Shown here piece by piece: positions 9,797 through 20,860 of a DNA stretch of 37,092 nucleotides. Position 1 is the first letter of the stretch; every line of letters begins with the position of its first letter. Below the pieces are notes generated by a model that made no database searches, was not told where the DNA came from, and saw only the letters and a list, made by a program, of their open reading frames with translations. Both the position numbers and the translations under genes were made by a program. The stretch lies in UHGV virus genome UHGV-0225063; one strand, 5' to 3'. The stretch comes from a virus.

Positions 9797-10942
9797 TTAG
9801 CGAACAACGTTAATCTGTACGTCAGCGTAATGAACCGCGCCTGCAAGTTTTATTGCAGCCTGAATCACCGGAGCCTTACGGGCTTCACGCTCTGATTGTG
9901 CCTGTTCATCCAGCGGCTGGGCGTATACGTAATAACCTTTGGGCAGCGTGTCACCTGATGACAACTGACCAAGGTCGCCACCGTTCCATACGCCCGGAGC
10001 AATCAGTCCATTCTGAACGGCCTGATCCAGTGATTTTTCAACATTTGATAACAGTCGGGTAATACCGGCTTCAGTCTGGGGAACCTTCGTGGTGCTGGTA
10101 TAAAGCAGGTTATAAAGGTTGGTCTGCACATAATTCTGTAACCAGTCCAGGCCGTGGCGTTCATCAAAGAAATCGCCGTTAGCCATCACTCCCTGCTGGA
10201 GGATAACTGTATCATTCTGGTAGTACACGAACACATTGCAGTTTTTTGCATCAAGTGCCGATGCCTGGCTGACTGTCAGTGTTTCATACCCGACACCCGG
10301 CTCCTGCTTAAACTTGAGCGTAATCGCGGTATTACTGCCATTGAAATTAACCGTGAATGCCCGGCCAAATGCAGATAACGCAGCGTATTTATTACCCGAT
10401 GAATACTGAATAAAACTGCGTGAATATCCGGCGGTTTTCAGTTTTGATGCCAAATCATCGCTGGATTCAGTCTGCAGGCATTTTTCATCGCTTGTCGTAA
10501 TCGCCAGAATACGGCTTACAGAAGAGGATTCGATCGCCGCAGCCACTTTCAACCAGTCTGCATCCGGAATATCTGCATCGTCTGCAATCCCCAGCCCATA
10601 CCATGAAGTATAATCAAGCATGGCATTCACAGCCTGCTCCAGCGTCTCAGGCGTGGCCTGTTCGCTGTCTCCCTTCGTTTTCACCCAACGACCAACAAAA
10701 ACCTCCTGAGGTTTCGGTGATTGAGAGAAAAACACCTGCGCAGCCTTATATTCTGGTGATTCCAAGCCAAAATCTTTTCCAATATCTTCCGCGGCAGAAT
10801 AACGGCGAATGCGCTCACTTACCGGAATAATTGTGGACGGGCCGAGAATGAGTAATGCACCAAAATTTCGCCCTGATGCTGCACGCGGCGACATGATCAC
10901 ACCAACATTAACAACGTTTGATACAGGCAAGCCCTGTGCCAT
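9797..10942 (-). CDS. Tail sheath protein (candidate)
   Basis: 381-aa ORF at the head of the tail block, followed by tube, chaperone, tape measure and V/W/J/I-like baseplate genes, which together imply a contractile tail. Confidence 0.5.
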   Translation of the reverse strand: MAQGLPVSNVVNVGVIMSPRAASGRNFGALLILGPSTIIPVSERIRRYSAAEDIGKDFGLESPEYKAAQVFFSQSPKPQEVFVGRWVKTKGDSEQATPETLEQAVNAMLDYTSWYGLGIADDADIPDADWLKVAAAIESSSVSRILAITTSDEKCLQTESSDDLASKLKTAGYSRSFIQYSSGNKYAALSAFGRAFTVNFNGSNTAITLKFKQEPGVGYETLTVSQASALDAKNCNVFVYYQNDTVILQQGVMANGDFFDERHGLDWLQNYVQTNLYNLLYTSTTKVPQTEAGITRLLSNVEKSLDQAVQNGLIAPGVWNGGDLGQLSSGDTLPKGYYVYAQPLDEQAQSEREARKAPVIQAAIKLAGAVHYADVQINVVR

Positions 10943-10945
10943 AGC

Positions 10946-11554
10946 TTAATCTCCGAAAAAGATGACTGGTGCTTCCACCAGCGATTTAATACCGTACTCG
11001 CGCACAACCTTCCGGCGCAGACGCACCGTCATATCGTAGCGGCGGACCCATTGCTGATTAATAAGTTCAGGGAAGGGAGTCAGACCTGTGTAATCGCTAA
11101 GAGACAGCCCCAGCGCATTCAGTGCTGCGTTGTTCTGCGGTACAGATATACCGTCACGAAACCGGGACGCATACACCATCCCCGCCGGACCATAAAACGA
11201 AGCCATACACTCAATCGTTTCATGCCGCCAGAGCTGAGAGCCATCATCGGTCTGTCTGGTGAATGCCGGACTGTCATCACCTGACCATCCGATAACCCCA
11301 AACGCACACCAGTTCGTTTCAGCCGGTAGCAGTGGCGGTTGCTCTTTCTGCCAGCGCGGACGAACCATCCCGGCAGACAGACCGGAAACGTTACGCATCC
11401 ACTGGCTTAACAGCCTGTCGAGCGCTTCGTCATAATCCGGATCGCCACTGGTTGGTATCAGCCATCCGCGCTCTGTGCTGGTGTTATTGCTCAACCGGAA
11501 TTCCCCCATCAAACGGCAGCAACTCACAATGCGCCTGAACGAATCCGGCACCAT
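10946..11554 (-). CDS. Head-tail joining / neck protein (hypothetical)
   Basis: 202-aa ORF between the capsid and sheath genes; the true start may be an internal Met. Confidence 0.4.
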   Translation of the reverse strand: MVPDSFRRIVSCCRLMGEFRLSNNTSTERGWLIPTSGDPDYDEALDRLLSQWMRNVSGLSAGMVRPRWQKEQPPLLPAETNWCAFGVIGWSGDDSPAFTRQTDDGSQLWRHETIECMASFYGPAGMVYASRFRDGISVPQNNAALNALGLSLSDYTGLTPFPELINQQWVRRYDMTVRLRRKVVREYGIKSLVEAPVIFFGD

Positions 11555-11873
11555 ACGCTGTATACGGGTCGACGAAAGTCACACGATAATCACGGCCCTG
11601 ATACGTCACGATATCGGCATCACGGCCAGTCTGTCCCTGCGTCAGTCGCTCAGTCGTCACAATCAGAATTGCACCACTGATTACCTGCCCGGCCTGCATA
11701 CGACGGTTTTCCAGAGAGCGATCAACAGTTACGACTCCGGCAAACTGCTTTTTAACTTCGCTGTCGCTGCCGATCCCGTCCTCATCCACCGTTTGCACAC
11801 GGCGTGTTACCCACAAATTGAAGTCGCAAAAATCGGGGTCAAAAAGCACATCTGTTACATCAAGAGTCGGCAT
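11484..11873 (-). CDS. Head-tail joining protein (hypothetical)
   Basis: 129-aa ORF in a run of overlapping late genes. Confidence 0.4.
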   Translation of the reverse strand: MPTLDVTDVLFDPDFCDFNLWVTRRVQTVDEDGIGSDSEVKKQFAGVVTVDRSLENRRMQAGQVISGAILIVTTERLTQGQTGRDADIVTYQGRDYRVTFVDPYTAYGAGFVQAHCELLPFDGGIPVEQ

Positions 11874-12414
11874 TTTTATCCCTCACAACATGGGTAATCG
11901 CTCTGCGATATTGCCCGGTGTCAATTAATGGTTTCGCCAGTTCGGTTCCCGGGGATTCGCCAGCAGCACGCCGGGCAAGTTCCAGTGTTGCCCCCTTGCG
12001 CCCCCGACGAGCCCGGGCTTCAACAGTACTGTCAGCAAGCGGCGTAAAGCCGGTAATGGTCATGTAACGCCTGACGCCATTAGCGGCCAGTGTTCCGGCA
12101 CGGTTGAGTGCGCTTTCTGCTCCCGCAGCATTACCATCAAGAGCAGCCTGCGCCGCGGCTTTGAGCTGCGGCACCGTCTGTTCTTCTGCCGATTTAACGC
12201 CGGGGACCAGGTGAGGTCGTGGCGGGATGTTCTGCTCTGGTGAGCCGTATTCGTTGAGGTAACCAATGCCCGCATTACCAAACGAAACATCATCCCGCTC
12301 GCTGTCTTCCGAAGGGATGCCGACCAGCACATCTTTTTTGGTTAACGACCTGAGCACATCCAGAATGGCCTTAGCGTTATCCACCCTCGTTGTTACACCG
12401 CTTTTGAAACTCAT
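11860..12414 (-). CDS. Head completion / adaptor protein (hypothetical)
   Basis: 184-aa ORF with 4-nt overlap to the upstream gene. Confidence 0.4.
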   Translation of the reverse strand: MSFKSGVTTRVDNAKAILDVLRSLTKKDVLVGIPSEDSERDDVSFGNAGIGYLNEYGSPEQNIPPRPHLVPGVKSAEEQTVPQLKAAAQAALDGNAAGAESALNRAGTLAANGVRRYMTITGFTPLADSTVEARARRGRKGATLELARRAAGESPGTELAKPLIDTGQYRRAITHVVRDKNADS

Positions 12415-12818
12415 AGCTGGCGACCGCCTGCACCGAACATCGTGATCAACTGATAAAATTCAGCGCCATATCGGGTGTTATTCCAGAAACCTGCATCAGG
12501 ATTCAGCGTCGCGCTGGTGTCATAGCTGACGCTTACCTTGTCAACGGACTTTGAGGACTGAACACCATTGGTTGAACCGCCCGGACCACCAGCCAGCATC
12601 GCTCTGCTGTCTGCCACCCAGAGCGTCATGTAGTGCGCAACGAACAATCCGGCAAAGTACGGAAACAACTTTTTGCCGGTGACGTTTTCACTCAGCAGTT
12701 CATCGGCCAGATTCAGACGAAACTGGATTTGCGCTTCGGGATATTTGGCAGGGTCAGCAAACTGCGGGAAGTCGCGGCGAAAATCACTTACCGCTGGCAG
12801 ACTTTGATTCTTTGGCAT
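12411..12818 (-). CDS. Head-tail connector-like protein (hypothetical)
   Basis: 135-aa ORF downstream of the capsid gene. Confidence 0.4.
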   Translation of the reverse strand: MPKNQSLPAVSDFRRDFPQFADPAKYPEAQIQFRLNLADELLSENVTGKKLFPYFAGLFVAHYMTLWVADSRAMLAGGPGGSTNGVQSSKSVDKVSVSYDTSATLNPDAGFWNNTRYGAEFYQLITMFGAGGRQL

Positions 12819-13005
12819 TTTTTACCTCGTTACGCGCGTCTGTGGCTTTGCCAACGGATACTTCCGCGTGCGCACGAGTGAACCAGTGCGTGGCAACTTC
12901 TTCCTCCACAGCATGACGGCCTTTAACAAACTCGCACCGTGAACCGTCGGGAAGCGTGAGCACAAACGGGGTATGTACGTGTATTACTGCATTATTTTTT
13001 GCCAT
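12784..13005 (-). CDS. Small head-associated protein (hypothetical)
   Basis: 73-aa ORF immediately downstream of the major capsid gene. Confidence 0.35.
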   Translation of the reverse strand: MAKNNAVIHVHTPFVLTLPDGSRCEFVKGRHAVEEEVATHWFTRAHAEVSVGKATDARNEVKNAKESKSASGK

Positions 13006-13046
13006 CGGGTCATCCTTAATGGCCCCGCCAGGGGGCCATGTGGCTG

Positions 13047-13988
13047 TTAAATGCCATCAACGTACGAAATGGTTTCTTTGTACACTGGCTCAACCGCGCC
13101 CAGCTTGCCGTAGTAAGTGACGATCTGATACAGACCGCGATACTGCACCGGCACGCTCTGAAGCGGAACCAGCGGGTAGCGGACGTATTTTTTATCGTTG
13201 GTGTACGCAACCATGCGATCCTTTTTCCCCACACCACGGCCTTTCAGCCATTTAACCGCGCGGATATTCAGCGGAACACCGTTCTGGTGATAGCTGATGG
13301 TGTTGGTCTGAAGATACGTCAACAGGGACTGGTTACCCGCAGATGAAACGATGATGCTGGACAACAGAGCAAACTGCTCAGGCGGGATCAGCAAATCACG
13401 CGGAACCACAGAGTAACCGGAAGCGGCCCACGCATCAGACAGCACCTGGTTAATGCTTGCGCGGATTTCGTCCGGTGTTGAGGTTGCCCACGTTTTGGCA
13501 GCGTTGTTGACAGGCACGCCGTCCAGGGTAACAAGGCCTTTCAGGTTTAATGCGGAATCGCCAACATATACCTGTTCATCGTTATCCATCTGCCATTTCA
13601 GTTGCATACCGTCATACTTCTGCGTATCAATCGGGCGGCCGACCTGCTGAGCAGCCTGCAATTCTATGACCGTCCAGCCAAGTTCCATCCCCCACAGGTT
13701 CAGCGGGTTACCGGATTTGCCGATATCCACGTTCACGCCAGCAATAGCGGTTGAGTCTTTGCCTACCCAGTTTTTGCCATTCGGATTTGCACCAGTACCC
13801 GCAGCGGCGAAGCTGGTATTCGTCCAGCTGGAAATGTCATCTGCGATAGAGACATCTTCACGCAACTGAATATCGCGGGTCCAGGTGTACCCCACCAGTG
13901 GCAGGTTCAGCGTCTGGTCGAGTCGCTCCAGCTCCCCGATGAGAAAGGCACCAGAGCTGTCAACGGTTGCCTGATCAAAAGTAATCAT
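13047..13988 (-). CDS. Major capsid protein
   Basis: 313-aa ORF following the scaffold and small structural genes; size and position typical of a major capsid protein. Confidence 0.65.
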   Translation of the reverse strand: MITFDQATVDSSGAFLIGELERLDQTLNLPLVGYTWTRDIQLREDVSIADDISSWTNTSFAAAGTGANPNGKNWVGKDSTAIAGVNVDIGKSGNPLNLWGMELGWTVIELQAAQQVGRPIDTQKYDGMQLKWQMDNDEQVYVGDSALNLKGLVTLDGVPVNNAAKTWATSTPDEIRASINQVLSDAWAASGYSVVPRDLLIPPEQFALLSSIIVSSAGNQSLLTYLQTNTISYHQNGVPLNIRAVKWLKGRGVGKKDRMVAYTNDKKYVRYPLVPLQSVPVQYRGLYQIVTYYGKLGAVEPVYKETISYVDGI

Positions 13989-13999
13989 TCGTCTGTTCC

Positions 14000-14506
14000 T
14001 TAAATCTTCCAGGAAATTTCTGCATTGCCGTCAGCATCACCGGCACCTGTGAATTCAGCGTTGGTCAGCACCACATTTTTGCCACTGACTGACGTGGACA
14101 TGAATCCACCCAGCGGCACTTTGATGGATTCACCAGTGGAGACGACAACGTATACCGGGTCGCCTTTTTTGATGGTGCTGGCATCAAAATCAGAACCGAG
14201 ATTAACGGTCACGTAGCCACGCTTCATGGCGTCACCCGGGAAGTTCTTGCCACTCCCCACCTGGCGAACCATGTCCGGCTGAGAAGTGGTCGGATAAGGG
14301 CGCACGTAGATCCCCTTCACCTTGTCGGCGGTGTCACCGTCCGCCAGCGGCACGAAAAAGCCGTCAGCGTCATATTTGCCAGCCAGACCATAGGCAGCGA
14401 AGGCGTTAGCGGATTTAAGGATCACCGGTTCGACGGTTAAGTCCTGCGGGCGAGAGACAGCCCCGGCAATGCCAACAGGCATCCGGTACAGAAATACATT
14501 ATTCAT
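14000..14506 (-). CDS. Head structural protein (decoration/cement candidate)
   Basis: 168-aa ORF between the scaffold-like and capsid genes. Confidence 0.45.
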   Translation of the reverse strand: MNNVFLYRMPVGIAGAVSRPQDLTVEPVILKSANAFAAYGLAGKYDADGFFVPLADGDTADKVKGIYVRPYPTTSQPDMVRQVGSGKNFPGDAMKRGYVTVNLGSDFDASTIKKGDPVYVVVSTGESIKVPLGGFMSTSVSGKNVVLTNAEFTGAGDADGNAEISWKI

Positions 14507-14509
14507 TTT

Positions 14510-15730
14510 TTACCCTTTACGGTTTGCCCAGAATTCAGCGTTTTGTTTGTTCAGGGAAGCGATACTGGTCATGCCCATGTTTAGGCGCTGTGCATCGCCG
14601 GTGGTGGCGCGGGTGTTTCGCCCTTTGGCAATCTCAGACACGGCATTAAACGCCATGTCGACCGATTGTTTCGGCAATTTGCGGATATCCGCATCACCGA
14701 CGATCTGGCGAACCAGCGTTTTATCTGCAGAAGCCAGAACCTCGCGTTTGAACTCGGTCGGTTTCATCTTACGGCTCAGATCGATACCCGGAACGATAAC
14801 TTCGGCACGCCAGGCTGAGTCACCAGTAATCGTGGTTTCCTCTTCATCGTCCTCGCCGTCACCGGTCGGATTATCGTCAGGTTTATTATCGTTATCGCCC
14901 GTGGCATTTCCTTCCAGCTTAGCCAGCAGGGCTTTCAGTAATGTTTTGAGGTCATCATCACTGTCGCCGGTTGGACCTCCACCCATCTCTGGTGCTTTGT
15001 CCGGTAGTGGTTGCTGCGGGGACAGGTTGATGTTGAGATTAACGCCCTGCGGCAAATCCCCCTCATCTCCTGTAACCGATGCGGGAGCCGACTCCACCAG
15101 TTCGTTCATGGTGTCGGCATCTCCTGTCTTGATGGCTGCACGCATGCGGTTCCACCAGTTTTTCTTTTGATTTGCCATTGTGTCTCTGTCTCCAATTGCA
15201 CAACGATTTCCGGCTCTGCCTTTGGGGACAAGAGCCACATGGTTTCCGGTAATATCGACCTGCCCGGCTTTACCTGGCTCGGTCTGCTCGTACTCCGCGT
15301 CATAGCCGCACGACACTTCACGCAGGCCATCTTCGATAAGCTGAATGGCGTTTTCGTCTTTGACGATAAGGTCAGCCAGCATCAAATCAGACTGCTCACC
15401 CGTCCCGCGCCGGACATTCTGGAGGTGCCCGACAGCAAGCTCTTTCCAGTTCTCGGGATTTACCAGCCGCACATTCCCGTTTTCATCTTCAGGATGCAGG
15501 ATCGTGATGCTCATCCCTTCGAATGAGGCAAGCGTGGCCGGATGGAATACCTGCTCAGGAGAACGCGTGACGACTATTTCACCGAACTTATCGGGTTTCA
15601 GTTTTGGCAAGTCATCAGCACCATAGAGCTGCTTACCTGTTCGTCCTATCGGCACGTCTCTGCACAGCAACGAGCCGTCAGCCAGCTGATAGCGGGTTTC
15701 CCCCAGCCGGGTATTGAAAAAATATTTCAT
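14510..15730 (-). CDS. Prohead scaffold / core protein (possible protease-scaffold fusion)
   Basis: 406 aa; structured N-terminal half, then a highly acidic Gly/Asp/Glu-rich low-complexity segment (GDSDDDL...GDGEDDEEE) and a basic C-terminus, as scaffolds often have. Confidence 0.5.
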   Translation of the reverse strand: MKYFFNTRLGETRYQLADGSLLCRDVPIGRTGKQLYGADDLPKLKPDKFGEIVVTRSPEQVFHPATLASFEGMSITILHPEDENGNVRLVNPENWKELAVGHLQNVRRGTGEQSDLMLADLIVKDENAIQLIEDGLREVSCGYDAEYEQTEPGKAGQVDITGNHVALVPKGRAGNRCAIGDRDTMANQKKNWWNRMRAAIKTGDADTMNELVESAPASVTGDEGDLPQGVNLNINLSPQQPLPDKAPEMGGGPTGDSDDDLKTLLKALLAKLEGNATGDNDNKPDDNPTGDGEDDEEETTITGDSAWRAEVIVPGIDLSRKMKPTEFKREVLASADKTLVRQIVGDADIRKLPKQSVDMAFNAVSEIAKGRNTRATTGDAQRLNMGMTSIASLNKQNAEFWANRKG

Positions 15731-15744
15731 GTGTTACCTGCGAT

Positions 15745-16533
15745 TCAGGCGGGATAAGATTGGGAGGTGGGAAAAACGATTTCTTTATAACAGCGACAAT
15801 TCGGGAGCTCGCCAGCGTGGCCTGTCATGCCGTCAAGCGTTGGAGGTTTGCCCCATTCGACAAATTTACCTTCCATTTCCCGATGAGAATGCCTGACGTC
15901 ACCATCTTCGGCTGTACGCCAGATATAACCATTCGAACCAATTGACAGCGCACGCGCCTGATCCAGCGCGCCGGTTGCACGTCCAAGTTCAGTACGGGCA
16001 ATCAGGTCAGCTCTGGACTTTGCTATATCACCCGATGCGGCTATTTCTTTAGCAAAATATTCTGCTCTCCCACCGGTCACAACAGCTTCTGTCGCCCGAT
16101 TCTGGATGTCGTACACCCTGTCAGCCGCCTCGAGGGGGAGCGATTTGATGTACTTGACCTGTTCGGCGATGATGGATTGCATCACCTGGCCCACAGGAGC
16201 GCTTTCCACAAGATTGCGGAGCTCGCGACTGATGTTCTTGCTGTGTTGCCGCCAAACTTTCTCGTTCTGCCGGGTTAGGTCCGCAGTAAAGTTTTCCGCG
16301 ACCTTTGTCGCCCAGGGGGTGATGATTTCACTGTAGCGTTCCAGCGCCTCAATAATTTCCGTGATACTGTCATTTGAACCATCGTAGCGACCATTTACGA
16401 TGTCTCCGACCGCCCGCGCTATCCTGCGTAGGCTGGTTCGATAGCGGATTTCCGCCTGACGGTTCCTGCGGTTCGTCATCAGATTCGCCGATGCCGGGCG
16501 GCGCTTCATCTTCGGCATTCTCGATGTCCTCAT
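15745..16533 (-). CDS. Head morphogenesis protein (Mu F / SPP1 gp7-like)
   Basis: 262 aa with a basic N-terminus, directly downstream of the portal, the usual Mu-F-like position. Its 5' end overlaps the portal 3' end by more than 100 nt. Confidence 0.6.
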   Translation of the reverse strand: MRTSRMPKMKRRPASANLMTNRRNRQAEIRYRTSLRRIARAVGDIVNGRYDGSNDSITEIIEALERYSEIITPWATKVAENFTADLTRQNEKVWRQHSKNISRELRNLVESAPVGQVMQSIIAEQVKYIKSLPLEAADRVYDIQNRATEAVVTGGRAEYFAKEIAASGDIAKSRADLIARTELGRATGALDQARALSIGSNGYIWRTAEDGDVRHSHREMEGKFVEWGKPPTLDGMTGHAGELPNCRCYKEIVFPTSQSYPA

Positions 16534-17836
16534 CGGTAATGGATGCCCCGATGCCGGTTACGTCAGAATTTTCGCGCAAATCAGTCATAGCGGCTTTCAG
16601 TGTCATCAGACCATCACCCAGCGCCGTACTGATTGCGTTGGTAGTGTTTAACGCCACCGTTGAGCGATCGACATCAGACATTTGCCAGAGCGGGTTAAAC
16701 TCAAACGTGAAATCGTCCGGCAGCGGCTTGCCAAGCTCCGAACGATGCATGATGTCCAGTATCCGCCGCACCGGAAGACGTAAACGCCTCTCCTGTAACG
16801 AGCTTACCCGGTCGTAATAGTTGGCAAGGTCTGCATCGCCGGTAGAAAATCCTTTCGGGGACTGTCCGAACAACCGCACCAGTGGGATACCAACAGCGCC
16901 ACTAATCTGTTCTGCAAACTGCGAAAGGATGTCATCCAGACCACTGAAGCTGTACTGATGGGTTTCAAACTTATCCCGCGAGTCCATGAGCGTCATGCCT
17001 TCATTGCTCTGGAACTGTCGAATCAGGTCGATATTCTTCAGCAACGCTTCATACGCAGGACCACCAAGTGCGATAAGCTCGCGTAGCTTCTCCACGCTGT
17101 AGGTACGCAAATGCGCCTTGTAGACCAGCTGCGCCGCGCCGACAGTAGCGCTGTCGAACGCGGTAAGACGATCCCAGATACGCTCTACAACCGACATTCC
17201 CCATTCGTTCTCGGTCATCTTCTGCTGGAATGGCAGCGTGACGCCATCAAAGCGAATCAGACGACTGTGATGAATGCGCCAGGCAGGAATTCCCGTTGCT
17301 GTGGTCACCACATCGTAAAACTCAGGTTTACCCAGGTCCGGCCCCATATCTTTAATGCGGCGGGTCAGCACTGGGTTAATCATCCAGCGGTCGAGCGGGA
17401 GAATGCCCTTAAACTTGCCTTCTCCAATGGTTTCGGGTCGCAGCGGGGTCATTGGTGCCTGCCCCTCAATCATGATGAAACCCACCGCGCCGCCGTAGAG
17501 GCGCGACCATTTCAGCACGTCATTCAGCGCATCCCAGATTTGCAGCTCATCCAGTTGTGATTCGAGAATGCCACGATCTTTTGCATCAATTTCCGAAGTG
17601 ATGCGAATGCCTTTGCGGGTCATATCATCCGGGATAGCATCGACTGCTTCGCCGATGATCCAGGACGAACGATAGGACCATTCCACCAGCATGCGGTTAC
17701 GACTGGTGAAATTAGCCCGGTAGGTGGATGCTGAGTGCTGGTTAGGTGTCTGCATCCCTACGCGGGCAATAAAATTCTCATAACCATCAGCTGTGGCCTG
17801 CGCAGTTCGCCGCAGGGCTTGTTTGTTTCGTGCCAT
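16370..17836 (-). CDS. Portal protein
   Basis: 488-aa ORF immediately downstream of the large terminase, with an acidic C-terminal tail. Confidence 0.75.
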   Translation of the reverse strand: MARNKQALRRTAQATADGYENFIARVGMQTPNQHSASTYRANFTSRNRMLVEWSYRSSWIIGEAVDAIPDDMTRKGIRITSEIDAKDRGILESQLDELQIWDALNDVLKWSRLYGGAVGFIMIEGQAPMTPLRPETIGEGKFKGILPLDRWMINPVLTRRIKDMGPDLGKPEFYDVVTTATGIPAWRIHHSRLIRFDGVTLPFQQKMTENEWGMSVVERIWDRLTAFDSATVGAAQLVYKAHLRTYSVEKLRELIALGGPAYEALLKNIDLIRQFQSNEGMTLMDSRDKFETHQYSFSGLDDILSQFAEQISGAVGIPLVRLFGQSPKGFSTGDADLANYYDRVSSLQERRLRLPVRRILDIMHRSELGKPLPDDFTFEFNPLWQMSDVDRSTVALNTTNAISTALGDGLMTLKAAMTDLRENSDVTGIGASITDEDIENAEDEAPPGIGESDDEPQEPSGGNPLSNQPTQDSAGGRRHRKWSLRWFK

Positions 17837-19464
17837 CAGGCCTGTCTCCCTAGCAGCTCCCAGATGTTCAGGGCTGAATTCATTGGGGCATAGTTGATCA
17901 TCACCGAGTCGGCAAGGTTTGGCGACCGGGTTCCATCAGGCTGTTTATCAATAACGATTTTTCCCACACCATTAATGGAATAGGTCGGCTGCGAAAGCTC
18001 GATGATGAGTTTATCTTTGAGTGCCATGCTACTGCTGATTGAGATGATTTCGTCCGGGTTGTAAGCCATACCGTCAACCACGGCGCGCCAGGTATTCTGA
18101 AAAAGTTTACGTAACCGCCACCAGCTCTGGGCTTTGGCGTTAGCGAAGAAGTCCTTGTTCAGACGTGCGGCTTGCCCGTTGTCCCCGCGAACAGCTTCAT
18201 CATCCGGATCAAATACCGCACCACTACCTCGAAACGGTGTGGCGAGTATTGACGGTCGGCGCGCAGCGTTACGCAGTTCGTTGATAGCGCGTGCATCGCC
18301 GCGAACGCCAGCGCCCAGCCCGTCCTCGTCAAAGCGAAACTCATCAAGATTGTCCTGTTCGCAAAAGCCGAAGACCTTCTCGACGGACTGATAAATGTCG
18401 CTGCCCACCCCGGACCATTCCCGCACACTCTCCAGGAGGAAGCCATGACGGGTGGAAAAGGCATTTTTGTCCCTGCCTTCGTCGGCGACATCCATCGCGC
18501 CAAGTCGTTTGCCTGTTGGCTGGATACCCAGTTTGATATGCGCATCAACGGCAGCCTGTACCCATTCGGATGGAATCAGGACGCCTTCCGCTGATGCGCT
18601 GTAGTTCAGATCAAGTTCCTGTGCCACCACCACCGGATTATCGATTTTCTCGCATTCCCTGTGATACCACTCTTCATCCTTGCGAGGATCATCCCGCCAG
18701 TGGAATGTGAATACCGGTATCTTCCCGCCATGACGCTTCTGAGCGAACGGGTTCGCCATGCCGTTAACTGAACTCAGGTCAATACGGCAACGCGTCGTTT
18801 GTGACAACGCCGCATCAATCAGCAGAGGACGCTGAAGGAATGCAGCCTCATCAACCAGATAAAGCGTGGTACGGTCACCACGACCAATATTATCGCCAGC
18901 CTCGCCTTTGATAACGGCACCAGTTTCAGGAAACTCAACACGCATATATGGCGCGTGCTTCTTCTCGCTCCACGAACCGCGAAACTCTACAGGTAGTGTT
19001 TCCACGAACTTGCGCGCCTTCCAGAACAATGCTTTCGGGTCACCGGTGCTGTCGACGTATTCCTCTTTACGGGAGCCGAAACCGATAACCATTTCTTTGT
19101 TGAAGAGACAAAGCGAGCAGGCCAGTCCGATCGCGGTCCAACTGAGCCCCATTTCACGGGATTTTTCGGTAATACCATTCTCCCGATTGCCCCAGCGTTC
19201 CATAATCCAGTGGATCCACTCCTCCTGCTTAGGGAAGAGTAAAAACGGAATGGTCACCGGCAGGCCATAATCAATATTACGCGGGTCCGTTGTCATGCCC
19301 CAGTCGATGATGAACTGAGCCGGGTTGGTTCGGTAAAACTGTTTTAGTGCTGGCAATATTTCAGGGTTCTGGCGAATGCGCTGTAAGCGTTCCATCCGCC
19401 ATTCAAAAACCATCTGGTAATCAGGGTTTCTGAAATCGAATTTAAACGGAAGAGGCATGATCAC
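17836..19464 (-). CDS. Terminase large subunit
   Basis: 542 aa; Walker-B-like LYLVDEAAF; preceded by the small subunit and followed by the portal. Confidence 0.8.
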   Translation of the reverse strand: MIMPLPFKFDFRNPDYQMVFEWRMERLQRIRQNPEILPALKQFYRTNPAQFIIDWGMTTDPRNIDYGLPVTIPFLLFPKQEEWIHWIMERWGNRENGITEKSREMGLSWTAIGLACSLCLFNKEMVIGFGSRKEEYVDSTGDPKALFWKARKFVETLPVEFRGSWSEKKHAPYMRVEFPETGAVIKGEAGDNIGRGDRTTLYLVDEAAFLQRPLLIDAALSQTTRCRIDLSSVNGMANPFAQKRHGGKIPVFTFHWRDDPRKDEEWYHRECEKIDNPVVVAQELDLNYSASAEGVLIPSEWVQAAVDAHIKLGIQPTGKRLGAMDVADEGRDKNAFSTRHGFLLESVREWSGVGSDIYQSVEKVFGFCEQDNLDEFRFDEDGLGAGVRGDARAINELRNAARRPSILATPFRGSGAVFDPDDEAVRGDNGQAARLNKDFFANAKAQSWWRLRKLFQNTWRAVVDGMAYNPDEIISISSSMALKDKLIIELSQPTYSINGVGKIVIDKQPDGTRSPNLADSVMINYAPMNSALNIWELLGRQA

Positions 19465-20090
19465 CCCATCATTTTGCGGTAAATCTCTGCGGCCTGATCT
19501 GCGGTGAGATTGGTTGTCTCGGTCTTGATCGGTCCACCCTCCGCGCCAGTCAGTTCGGTTTTCTTAGGTGCTTCCCACCCCTGCAATTCAGCCAACTGCT
19601 TTATTGCTGCTTTCGGGTCGTGCATCTTCAATTTGATACCATCTTTCCCTGAGGTCAATTCTGATACTGCGCTCATCGCGTCAGGGTCCTGAAGGGAAGA
19701 ATCCTTGAAGCTCCAGACGGCTTGATAGACAGGATTCCCGTCTTCATCCTCCCCCACGATGCTATTACTAAACTCGGCGATATCGGCGATTGAAGCACGG
19801 CCTATTTTAGACAAACGCTTAAGAGCTTCTTCGCGGGTCATGATGGCCTCATCGATGATTTCACGCTGAACAGACTTAATGAACGCCTGAACGTCGCAAT
19901 TTGTCGCAATTACGTGCGCAGCTTTGCGGAGGTTGTCGCCCTTCGCTTTCCCTCCGGCTTTGCGGTAAGCCTCTGTCTGATTCTTGCCCTTGATAATGGC
20001 TAAGCTGAATCTTTTCTGAAGCGGAGTCAGCACATCGAAAAGGCGCTGCTGTTCTGCCGTTAGCTTTTTCGATGCCATGATGGTTTCCAC
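19461..20090 (-). CDS. Terminase small subunit
   Basis: 209-aa ORF coupled to the large subunit; the start may be the internal MASKK. Confidence 0.65.
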   Translation of the reverse strand: METIMASKKLTAEQQRLFDVLTPLQKRFSLAIIKGKNQTEAYRKAGGKAKGDNLRKAAHVIATNCDVQAFIKSVQREIIDEAIMTREEALKRLSKIGRASIADIAEFSNSIVGEDEDGNPVYQAVWSFKDSSLQDPDAMSAVSELTSGKDGIKLKMHDPKAAIKQLAELQGWEAPKKTELTGAEGGPIKTETTNLTADQAAEIYRKMMG

Positions 20091-20138
20091 AAGTTGTTAA
20101 CATTATCGAAGCCCCTTATCAAAGGAGCTTCTGTAATG

Positions 20139-20351
20139 TCAGTCCCGAACGAACGTAACCTTCGTGTTTGTCGCTCGCCGTACAAGGCGCGCCGCTTCGC
20201 GTTGCATTTCATCGATAACTTTTGGCGTCATCGGCTGATGCGCATATTTACGTTCAATCTCTGCAAAAATCCCGTTCATCGTTTCGCTGTCTGGTGGGAT
20301 AACTTCAACGTTTAATCGTGCCATTGGTTTGTGCTGCCCTGTTTTTCTCAA
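20139..20351 (-). CDS. Hypothetical small protein between lysis and packaging genes
   Basis: 70-aa ORF, no recognisable motif; overlaps the Rz1 3' end. Confidence 0.3.
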   Translation of the reverse strand: MRKTGQHKPMARLNVEVIPPDSETMNGIFAEIERKYAHQPMTPKVIDEMQREAARLVRRATNTKVTFVRD

Positions 20352-20583
20352 AAGTCCTGATATCGGCCTTATCCCTGTTGCACTGTGCTAATGCTGACAA
20401 CAACGCAACATTCAGGTTAAGGCTGGCTCCCCACGTAAACGGGTCGGGTAAATCTGGCTGGGGTGTTTCATCCGTCAGACTGGCTGGTAACGGAACGACC
20501 GGCACCGACACGTATACCGTTCGCGTATTCGTGCAACCGCTTAACTGCGCCAGAAGGAACGATACGAACAGCACAATCATCAT
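20305..20583 (-). CDS. Outer-membrane spanin (Rz1-like lipoprotein)
   Basis: Internal Met of ORF 20305..20649 gives MMIVLFVSFLLAQLSGC with a lipobox (LSGC) and a proline-rich mature region; it starts inside Rz in another frame and extends past the Rz stop. Confidence 0.6.
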   Translation of the reverse strand: MMIVLFVSFLLAQLSGCTNTRTVYVSVPVVPLPASLTDETPQPDLPDPFTWGASLNLNVALLSALAQCNRDKADIRTFEKNRAAQTNGTIKR

Positions 20584-20860
20584 CCGCAACAGCCACTTTG
20601 ATATCTTCCTGGGTTCTCTGTGACTCCAGTGCGATCTGCTGTTTTGCATGCTGGTTAGCCTCTATAACTGTATTGATGATTTGCAGTGATTGCAGGACGT
20701 TACTGGTAATGGCTGTTGCAGATTCAGCATTTCGTACAGCCTCATCAGCACGCTCCTTTTCGTGTTGATATTTGCTGTAGTAATGCCCGGCAGACCAGAT
20801 AAAAGAACCGATGACGGTAACAAAGAAGGCAACAATAACCAGCTTATATCTCAACTTCAT
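20468..20860 (-). CDS. Inner-membrane spanin (Rz-like)
   Basis: 130 aa; N-terminal transmembrane helix (LVIVAFFVTVIGSFIW) then a coiled-coil periplasmic part; follows R with a 17-nt overlap. Not similar to lambda Rz as I recall it. Confidence 0.6.
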   Translation of the reverse strand: MKLRYKLVIVAFFVTVIGSFIWSAGHYYSKYQHEKERADEAVRNAESATAITSNVLQSLQIINTVIEANQHAKQQIALESQRTQEDIKVAVADDDCAVRIVPSGAVKRLHEYANGIRVGAGRSVTSQSDG

